IMG/VR virus record: IMGVR_UViG_3300042691_015660
Length of the DNA stretch: 64,000 nucleotides
Direction: 5' to 3' (one strand)
Source: a virus
The position numbers and the translations under genes were made by a program. Shown here in pieces: positions 56,882 to 64,000 of the stretch. Numbering within the stretch: the first letter of the stretch is position 1; each line of letters starts with the position of its first letter. The notes under the pieces are model-generated. The model saw only the letters and a program-made list of their open reading frames with translations. It did not search any database and was not told where the DNA came from.

Positions 56882-58057
56882 ATGAAAACAGTAGATTCTT
56901 TTTTACAAGATATCATAAAAAATAATTTTTATCAACCAGACATTTTATGGGAAAATAAAGATAAAAAAATATTGGAAAGTTTGGGTCATCAATTAAAAAA
57001 TGGAGTATTTTTAACTGAGAACCAAGGAAATCTTTTACTTAAAATTTTAACTGACTACAGGGATAAGTTAGAAAAATCTACAACCTCAAGTTTGTTATTT
57101 CTTGAATCACCATTATGGTCAAAAGAATTTAGGCTTCTCGATATTGTCAAAACAATTTTCTTAAAAAAATCTGATTTTTCTGAAATTTTTATAGAATTTA
57201 GTTATAATAAAAAAATTAAAGAGAAGTTATTCAGCCTAACAAAGAGTGTGTATGGAAGTATTGTTCATCATAAAAATAATCTTTATTCCGTACCATTAAC
57301 TGAAAATAATATTTGCTTGTTAGTAGATACCTTCAAAGAATACGGATTTAAATTCGATGAAAAACTTATAAATTTTTATAAAGAAATCGAAGAAATTAAA
57401 AGTAAGTCAGCAGTTACTTTTGATATTACAAAAACAACTAATGTTAGATTACTAGAACAATTACAAGAAGAAATAGGATCAAACAATATATCTTCTACTA
57501 TATTTTTACATGACAGAAAATTGAAATTTCAATACGCTTATACTCAGGTTTTAGAAGAAAATTCTTTAAAAGGATTGATTGCGAAAAGATCGGACGTTGA
57601 TGTTTATATTAATTCCAATTCCTATTCTTTTAAAGATGTATTATCGGCTATAGTTGATTTACAAAGATTTCCTTTATTGATAATCTTTGATTATTATCGT
57701 CCTGACTTTTGCAAAAAACTATTAGATCAAATCCGTCAAACATTTGTTGATTTAGATATTAAAGAAAAAGTAGGAATTTATTTTCGATTAGATAATAATC
57801 TGAATCAAGATTTCAATACAAGAATAGCAGATCTTGGTTACAACACCTATCTTGATTCAGATACACAGCTAGTAGGTCTTTCCAATAAACAATTGCCAAA
57901 ATTTCTTGTTAAAGAAGGTTGGAAACCTAAAGCAGTTTTATGTTTTTCCCCAAGCTTCAAAAATACTAAAATTAATTCGTATTGTGACTCAGTAGATTTA
58001 AAAATTTGTTATTCAGAAAACAAACCTGTATCAGGATTTGATTATGCCATTATGTAA
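56882..58057 (+). CDS. Hypothetical protein upstream of UvsW
   Basis: 391-aa AT-rich ORF. Confidence 0.6.
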   Translation: MKTVDSFLQDIIKNNFYQPDILWENKDKKILESLGHQLKNGVFLTENQGNLLLKILTDYRDKLEKSTTSSLLFLESPLWSKEFRLLDIVKTIFLKKSDFSEIFIEFSYNKKIKEKLFSLTKSVYGSIVHHKNNLYSVPLTENNICLLVDTFKEYGFKFDEKLINFYKEIEEIKSKSAVTFDITKTTNVRLLEQLQEEIGSNNISSTIFLHDRKLKFQYAYTQVLEENSLKGLIAKRSDVDVYINSNSYSFKDVLSAIVDLQRFPLLIIFDYYRPDFCKKLLDQIRQTFVDLDIKEKVGIYFRLDNNLNQDFNTRIADLGYNTYLDSDTQLVGLSNKQLPKFLVKEGWKPKAVLCFSPSFKNTKINSYCDSVDLKICYSENKPVSGFDYAIM

Positions 58058-59510
58058 ATTAATTATAAAAGACGAAGTGAATATCAAATTAGAAGGATTA
58101 CCTGTTGATATTAGACGAAAATTAGTTAATAAATTCAAGTACATAGATCCTACCGCACGATATAGGCCTGCGTATCAACTAGGAAGATGGGACGGATCTG
58201 TGACTCTATTTGGCATGGGCGGTAATGGGTATATTAATCAATTACCTACTATTTTGTCTGTATTAGAAGACTCAAATTACGAAATAGAAGAAATACAAGA
58301 TTTAAGAACTCCTTTAAAATTAAATTTTACCAAAGTAACAAATACATACTGGGCAGATCAAGGTAAAGTATGGGGATCAGGTCATAGATTCGAGGGCGAG
58401 TCTATAATGCTACGTGACGATCAAGTAGAAGTTGTTAATAGATTTATCGAAAATCCCCAAAGTCTACAGGAAGTAGCGACTGGAGCAGGTAAAACTATTA
58501 TGACAGCAACCTTAGCTCAATTGTGTGAACCTTATGGTCGAACTATGATAATAGTTCCTAATAAAAGTTTAGTAGAACAGACAGAAGAGGATTTTCAACT
58601 TGTAGGGTTAGATGTTGGAGTATATTATGGCGATAGAAAAGAACTAAACAAAACTCACACTATATGTACATGGCAAAGTTTGAATATATTAGATAAAAAA
58701 AGTAAAAATAATGAACACGAAATAGTAACACTAGCTGAGTTTTTAGACGGTGTTCAATGTGTTATGATAGATGAAGTTCATATGGCCAAAGCCACAGTAT
58801 TAAAAAACTTATTGACACAAAATTTTTGTAATGCTGCTATACGCTGGGGATTAACAGGAACTGTTCCTAAAGAAGACTACGAATCGGAAATTATTTTTGC
58901 TAGTATAGGTCCTGTGGTAGGAGGTATTACAGCTCACGAACTACAAGAATTAGGAGTATTAAGTAATCTACATGTTAATGTTCTTCAATTATTTGATTTA
59001 CCTGAATTTAAATCATATACCGAGGAATTAAAATATCTAGTTACAAATAAAGAAAGGATGAAATATATTTCATCAACAATTAAGAAAATTTCCGAAACTG
59101 GTAACACCTTAGTTTTAGTGAACAGAATAGACACAGGAAATTTTTTAATAGAAAATTTAGAAGAAGCAGTTTTTATTTCTGGAGAGGTAAAAACAAAAGA
59201 TAGAAAGGAAGAATATAAAGAACATGCTACTAGTGATAAAAAGATTACTGTGGCGACTTACGGTGTGGCCGCTGTTGGCATTAATATTCCTAGGATTTTT
59301 AATCTGGTCCTTCTGGAGCCCGGAAAAAGCTTTGTCCGCGTTATACAAAGCATTGGGCGAGGCATTCGAAAAGCAGAAGACAAAGATTTCGTACAAATCT
59401 GGGATATTACGAGCACCTGTAAGTACGCAAAGAAACACCTTACGGAACGAAAAAAGTTTTACAAAGAAGCTAAGTATCCGTTCACGCTTGAGAAAATAGA
59501 ATGGAATTAA
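58044..59510 (+). CDS. uvsW: SF2 DNA helicase UvsW-like
   Basis: LRDDQ, ATGAGKT, IVPNKSLVEQ, TWQSL, IDEVH, GLTGT, GINIPRI, QSIGRGIR. AGGA RBS favours ATG 58044. Confidence 0.9.
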   Translation: MPLCKLIIKDEVNIKLEGLPVDIRRKLVNKFKYIDPTARYRPAYQLGRWDGSVTLFGMGGNGYINQLPTILSVLEDSNYEIEEIQDLRTPLKLNFTKVTNTYWADQGKVWGSGHRFEGESIMLRDDQVEVVNRFIENPQSLQEVATGAGKTIMTATLAQLCEPYGRTMIIVPNKSLVEQTEEDFQLVGLDVGVYYGDRKELNKTHTICTWQSLNILDKKSKNNEHEIVTLAEFLDGVQCVMIDEVHMAKATVLKNLLTQNFCNAAIRWGLTGTVPKEDYESEIIFASIGPVVGGITAHELQELGVLSNLHVNVLQLFDLPEFKSYTEELKYLVTNKERMKYISSTIKKISETGNTLVLVNRIDTGNFLIENLEEAVFISGEVKTKDRKEEYKEHATSDKKITVATYGVAAVGINIPRIFNLVLLEPGKSFVRVIQSIGRGIRKAEDKDFVQIWDITSTCKYAKKHLTERKKFYKEAKYPFTLEKIEWN

Positions 59511-59511
59511 A

Positions 59512-60018
59512 ATGCAAATATTAACATTAGACAACAAATCCTTTGATTTAAATAATTTACCAGACGATGTAGACGAGAATATGAGATTTAGCGTATTAGA
59601 TAACAGTGATGCTGTCAATCCAGACTTTTTCTTTGTTCCGTTAATATTTTTAGAAAGTTTTAATGCTCCTGCTATGGTATTAAAAATTGGCAACGACGAA
59701 GTTACAATGCCTATTGATTGGAGCATCGCAGTGGGCGATAGTAGCAGTAGTAGTGAAATAGAAATTCTGCCTTTGACTAGCTTAAACGATAGAGGCTTCG
59801 AAGCATTCTGCTTTAATCCGCTAAGTAGTTTTAGAATAGAATTTAAGCCAATAGAGATAGTTAATTTCTATAACGATGTAAAGTGGTATTTTCCTAAAAT
59901 GAAAAATGGACAATTATTAACCGTGCCTCTTAATAATAAAGAAAAACCCTTATGTTCTTACTTTGTCAAAGAAATAAGTAGACAAAGTGAAATTGTACTC
60001 TTATCTAAAATATTATGA
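59512..60018 (+). CDS. Hypothetical protein
   Basis: 168-aa ORF directly after uvsW. Confidence 0.6.
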   Translation: MQILTLDNKSFDLNNLPDDVDENMRFSVLDNSDAVNPDFFFVPLIFLESFNAPAMVLKIGNDEVTMPIDWSIAVGDSSSSSEIEILPLTSLNDRGFEAFCFNPLSSFRIEFKPIEIVNFYNDVKWYFPKMKNGQLLTVPLNNKEKPLCSYFVKEISRQSEIVLLSKIL

Positions 60019-60782
60019 ATAAAAAAATAGCGATAGTAACAACATTCAGCGACGCCGGTTACGAGGATTACGGTAAACTTTTTTTAGAATCTTGTAACAG
60101 ATATTTAAATCCATTAATAGAAGTTATTGTTTATAAAGATAATGTAGACATACCAGCGCAAAAAAATACTAGAATTTTAAATTTAGAATCTAGTATTCCT
60201 GATCTGACAGAATTTAAAAAAAGAAATAGTTTTAGAGATGAAACAAATATTAAGTTTCAATATCAGTCAGTAAGATTTAGTCATAAAGTATATGCTTTGT
60301 ATCATGCTGCTACTACCACAGACGCTAGATATTTAATTTGGTTAGATAGTGACACCGAACTTTATGATTCAGTAAGTCCAGAATATTTTAGAAAATTCTT
60401 GCCAGAAGGAATGTTTGTAGGATATCTAGGTCGAGGAGGCGAAGCTTTTAGCGAATGTGGATTTATGATATATGACTTACACCATCCATATACTAGAGAT
60501 TTCTTTGATAAATTTAAATGGTATTATGACACCGATGAGTTATATAAGTTACGGGAATGGCATGATAGTTTTATTTTTGATGTAGTCAGAAAAGAATTTG
60601 AAAGTACTGGAAAAATTGTAACTGTAAATTTAAGTTCTCATGTAAATAAACATCACTTTAATGCTGTGTTAGATGGATACATTATGCACTTAAAGGGCGA
60701 TAGAAAACATAAAAGAGCCAAAATGATGGAAAAAGCTATGAGAAGGAAGGGAGAACTAGCAAAAGTTAAACCTTCCTGGTAA
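60015..60782 (+). CDS. GT-A nucleotide-diphospho-sugar transferase-like protein
   Basis: IVTTFS, SVRFSHKVY, IWLDSD, SECGF, EWHDSFIFD, HLKGDRK. Paralogue of 55149. Confidence 0.65.
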   Translation: MNKKIAIVTTFSDAGYEDYGKLFLESCNRYLNPLIEVIVYKDNVDIPAQKNTRILNLESSIPDLTEFKKRNSFRDETNIKFQYQSVRFSHKVYALYHAATTTDARYLIWLDSDTELYDSVSPEYFRKFLPEGMFVGYLGRGGEAFSECGFMIYDLHHPYTRDFFDKFKWYYDTDELYKLREWHDSFIFDVVRKEFESTGKIVTVNLSSHVNKHHFNAVLDGYIMHLKGDRKHKRAKMMEKAMRRKGELAKVKPSW

Positions 60783-61565
60783 CTACATTTGATATTCTTC
60801 AACCATTTCTACTATACTAGTGCCATTATTAAACTCTTCAGGAAGAAATTGACTCCATGCTACGTGTTCAAGCCATTTGGATCTGTCAGGCAATTCTATG
60901 TTATTAATCTTGTTCAAGTCCGTGCCCATTAGTAGGCTTGATATAGTGTAATCGATAGTATAGGCAGGATATCCTAACATAATAGCTTCGCAACAAGCCA
61001 TAGTTCTTTCTCCTATTACTGCGTGACATCCCGCTAGATCATCTTGAAATGTTTGCCATCTACTAGGATTTTTACCACCAGGTTTTCTTCGCCATTTTAT
61101 TGGACCATCCCAAATATTTTTAATCTTTTGAGTAAACTCTGGTTGCCAATTACAAAATTCTATACCTGTTCTTTCTGTAAATGTACCTGGGTGCGGTTCT
61201 ATTAACAAGATATATTCGCCTCTTTGTTTTTTCCATTCTTGTATAGATGGGCTTAACGTATACAGTCTTGAATAAGGCGGTGTTCTAAATTTTATATTAT
61301 GACTACCGTTATAAGTGACACGTCTAGTGTTTCTCCGAGGTAAATTATGTCCCCAGTAACCGTAATCTATTTCTATATAATTTAGCCCTCGTTCCACCCA
61401 CTGTTTCACAGGTGATCGAAAACTAGGCCAGACTGATAATAGTATATAATCTTCAGGAACTTCTTTGATAGTGTTGAATTTGCGGGCTCCTATTTTTTCC
61501 CAAGGAACCACTAACCACTCAAACCCTCTTTCTAACGTTTCTAAACAAATGGCATATTTTTTCAT
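60783..61565 (-). CDS. Capsule-synthesis-like GT-B protein
   Basis: EIDYGYW, IKWRRKP, TMACCEAIMLGYP, DRSKWL.HVAWSQF. Paralogue of the 51363 C-terminal domain. Confidence 0.55.
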   Translation of the reverse strand: MKKYAICLETLERGFEWLVVPWEKIGARKFNTIKEVPEDYILLSVWPSFRSPVKQWVERGLNYIEIDYGYWGHNLPRRNTRRVTYNGSHNIKFRTPPYSRLYTLSPSIQEWKKQRGEYILLIEPHPGTFTERTGIEFCNWQPEFTQKIKNIWDGPIKWRRKPGGKNPSRWQTFQDDLAGCHAVIGERTMACCEAIMLGYPAYTIDYTISSLLMGTDLNKINNIELPDRSKWLEHVAWSQFLPEEFNNGTSIVEMVEEYQM

Positions 61566-61578
61566 AATATAATGTACG

Positions 61579-61592
61579 TATAAATATTTATT
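61579..61592. promoter_or_regulatory. Palindromic bidirectional late promoter
   Basis: TATAAATA (+, 61579-86) overlaps AATAAATA (-, 61592-85) around the palindrome ATAAATATTTAT. Confidence 0.6.
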
Positions 61593-61610
61593 TTAAAATA
61601 AGGGTATATT

Positions 61611-61958
61611 ATGAAAGCAGGCAAAGTTTGGGGTCAAACAGAACTATTAGAAGCCAACGGTGTCATGGAGTTTCACAGAATTGACATTAAAAAAGGCGGC
61701 GTATGTAGTCAGCATAAGCATCAATTTAAATGGAACGGATTCTATGTAATCACAGGTAAACTAATTATCCGTGTTTGGAAAAATGATTATGAACTAACTG
61801 ACGAAACTATACTAGGTCCTGGAGACTACACTAAAGTTGCTCCTACTGAATATCATCAGTTTGAAGCACTTGACGATACAATTGCTCTTGAACTGTATTG
61901 GGCAGAATTTGATCACAGCGACATTCAACGCCGTGATGCAGGGTTTGTAAAGAAATGA
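61611..61958 (+). CDS. Cupin-domain protein (sugar isomerase-like)
   Basis: KVWG.TE, CSQHKH..KWNGFYV..G.L, L.PGD...V.P.EYHQF. Confidence 0.75.
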   Translation: MKAGKVWGQTELLEANGVMEFHRIDIKKGGVCSQHKHQFKWNGFYVITGKLIIRVWKNDYELTDETILGPGDYTKVAPTEYHQFEALDDTIALELYWAEFDHSDIQRRDAGFVKK

Positions 61959-62638
61959 AAAAAATTGGAAAGTGGTTTGTTCCAGATGAAGAAAACTTTT
62001 CTGAGACAATTTCTGCAGTAAAAAGCGAAAACTGGTCTTGTAAACGACCCCTTGAAATATCTTTCAAATACGTTAAAAGATTTCATAAAGCTATAGATGT
62101 AGGAACATGGATTGGCGACAGTACTAAAATTATTCAACAAAGATTTTATAAAACTATTGGGTTTGAGGCAAATAACGAGGTATTCAATTGTTGTAAGAGA
62201 AATTTAATAAATTTTAAAAACATCACTTTAAATGAAATTGCGTTGAGTAATAATAATAAAGATAAAATATTTTTCAACGGAGTATCTACATTTTCAGGAT
62301 GGGTTAATACATTAAGTGAAGAAAAAGTTAACGAATGGGGATTATACCATGTAGTTAAAAACAAAGGAAAAGTTAAATGCAGATCTTTAGACAGTTTTAA
62401 TTTTAGAGGAGTTGATCTTCTAAAATTAGATGCAGACAGCCACGAAGGATACATTATCCAAGGAGGTCGAAAATTTTTTCAAAGAAATAATCCTGTGATA
62501 TTATTGGAATATAAGCCAAAGGTGTTGAGACGTCAGAACGAAATTATGCCCGATCCGATGGAGCAGTTAGAAAAAATTGGTTACACAATAATTGAAAAAG
62601 TAGGATCTATTGATTATATATTAACAAGAAATTTATGA
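61955..62638 (+). CDS. FkbM-like methyltransferase (variant motifs)
   Basis: AIDVGTWIG, GFEAN, ALSN, SLDSF...VDLLKLDADSHE..IIQGG, PVILLE. Confidence 0.7.
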   Translation: MKKIGKWFVPDEENFSETISAVKSENWSCKRPLEISFKYVKRFHKAIDVGTWIGDSTKIIQQRFYKTIGFEANNEVFNCCKRNLINFKNITLNEIALSNNNKDKIFFNGVSTFSGWVNTLSEEKVNEWGLYHVVKNKGKVKCRSLDSFNFRGVDLLKLDADSHEGYIIQGGRKFFQRNNPVILLEYKPKVLRRQNEIMPDPMEQLEKIGYTIIEKVGSIDYILTRNL

Positions 62639-63351
62639 AAGTATTATTTACATTTAACAGAAATGACACTACATCATTAATCTGTTTACAAAATTGGTTA
62701 GAAATTTTTAAAGACTACGACATAACCATCGTATGTGATCTATACAATGTATCAAAAGATCCTACACCTGCTTATCTAGCAAATATGCCTTTTAATTTTA
62801 CAGTTATTAATACTAATTACAAATTAGGGGAAATCTTACCTTTTAAAGCTAGAAAAAGAATGCAGGCTAGTGCTAAATTAACCTGTTTCGAACAAGCCAA
62901 ACCTTACAGTCATTTTTGGATGGTAGACGCAGATGACACAATGTTTTTAACTAGAGATTATTCACAAGTTAAAGAAAAAATTAAACGTGTTGAGAAACTA
63001 AGTTTAGAAAAAGATTTTGATGGACTTAGTTTAGATTTTTATAGAGAAACTAATCACGATCATTGGAGTTTTGGATTAAGTTTTTTAAAAAGTAATATAA
63101 ATTTTGATTTATTTAAACAAGTAACTCCGGAAGATACAGACGTTACTCCAGGATTAACTAAAAATTTAGATAGCTGGTTTGACATATTAAGAAGAAGAAA
63201 AATTCTAAAATTAGAAAGTTATGTTTTTGACAATATACCATTTCAACATAATGTAAATCCTATGTCTGCTCCTATGCATGGTATATACTTATGGAATAAT
63301 CGTATTCTGAATGGAGTTGGACCTTTAAAATCAGATGTAATTAGTATATGA
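62635..63351 (+). CDS. Hypothetical, possible GT-A-like protein
   Basis: FWMVDADD DxD-like motif, inside the glycan cluster. Confidence 0.45.
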   Translation: MKVLFTFNRNDTTSLICLQNWLEIFKDYDITIVCDLYNVSKDPTPAYLANMPFNFTVINTNYKLGEILPFKARKRMQASAKLTCFEQAKPYSHFWMVDADDTMFLTRDYSQVKEKIKRVEKLSLEKDFDGLSLDFYRETNHDHWSFGLSFLKSNINFDLFKQVTPEDTDVTPGLTKNLDSWFDILRRRKILKLESYVFDNIPFQHNVNPMSAPMHGIYLWNNRILNGVGPLKSDVISI

Positions 63352-64000
63352 ACAATTTACACATAATAGTACAAGCAGGCGGCCGGGGAAGTAGACTACG
63401 ACATCATACATGGAACAAACCCAAATGTCTCGTTAGTGTAAGAGGAAAACCCTTATTATATTATTTGTTTGAAAAATTTCCTCAGGCACATTTTCATATT
63501 ATTGGAGATTATCTGTTTGATCAATTAGAGAAGTATCTTCAAACAAATGATCCGGGCGTGGAATATACACTTATACATTCTACTGATAAAGGTACTTGCT
63601 CAGGCATTGCCCGGGCGTTATCAACTATACCTAAAGATAGCGAACTTATTTTAACATGGAGCGATTTAATTATTGGATCCTTGCCGCAATGGCCTGATAC
63701 GGCATTACCTGTTATTTGTACTACTAGAGCATTCACATGTCGCTGGACTTATCAAAATAATATATTAATTGAAGAACCTGGATCAGAAGGTATAGCAGGA
63801 ATTTTTTATTTTAAACGTGCCGAATATTTTCCTGAACCTCCAATTCAAGGCGAGTTTGTTAAATGGGTAAGTAAAAATATTTTAAAATTTGAAATATTAG
63901 AATGTAATGACTTAGAAGAGCTAGGCGATTTTACTACTATTGAAACACAAAATGATAGATCCGGTTTCAGTAGATTTTTTAATGAAGTAAAAATTTTAGA
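63348..64000 (+). CDS. Sugar/choline-phosphate nucleotidyltransferase (NTP_transferase family), 3'-truncated
   Basis: Not in the ORF track. ATG 63348 gives MNNLHIIVQAGGRGSRLRHHTWNKPKCLVSVRGKPLL (AGGxGSRL...KPK signature). Open to the window end. Confidence 0.85.
   Translation, partial: MNNLHIIVQAGGRGSRLRHHTWNKPKCLVSVRGKPLLYYLFEKFPQAHFHIIGDYLFDQLEKYLQTNDPGVEYTLIHSTDKGTCSGIARALSTIPKDSELILTWSDLIIGSLPQWPDTALPVICTTRAFTCRWTYQNNILIEEPGSEGIAGIFYFKRAEYFPEPPIQGEFVKWVSKNILKFEILECNDLEELGDFTTIETQNDRSGFSRFFNEVKIL

Noticed and set aside
291-63736. Many short antisense/alternate-frame ORFs in the track (e.g. 291-500, 20970-21569, 23828-24262, 59157-59726, 63539-63736)
   Set aside because: They lie within longer motif-bearing genes, lack RBS or promoters, and look like shadows of biased codon usage.
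1-64000. CRISPR array, tRNA/rRNA genes, IS elements, introns or inteins
   Set aside because: Intergenic gaps are all under about 150 bp with no repeat-spacer or cloverleaf pattern. No transposase is present. Terminase, UvsX and UvsW are uninterrupted and of normal length.

Overview
Dense, AT-rich segment of a large T4-like (myovirus) phage genome using genetic code 11, with ORFs cut off at both ends. 1-28.3 kb is a fibre/appendage module: three paralogous fibre-like proteins with beta-helix and CBM-like repeats, three very Cys-rich Gly-rich adhesin-like paralogues with a chaperone-like gene, a GT9-like glycosyltransferase plus a NodU/CmcH carbamoyltransferase, and a 2233-aa structural protein. 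28.3-45.5 kb holds neck, tail and packaging genes (gp15/gp14 inverted relative to gp13, dNMP kinase, gp18, gp19, gp4, terminase subunits, probable internal head proteins). 45.6-64 kb holds gp32, UvsX, UvsY and UvsW interleaved with a DUF3050 + B12 radical SAM pair and a large glycan-modification cluster. The most striking observation is six ~160-aa helical domains in two putative virion proteins. Each has a single Cys in a C-x-R-D motif whose spacing matches the bilin-binding helix of phycobiliproteins, suggesting chromophore-carrying virion appendages. Also notable: T4-type late promoters sit exactly 5 nt before six ATGs (predicted leaderless mRNAs), and two candidate virion-modification systems are present. 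All family calls come from motif recognition by eye, without database searches.
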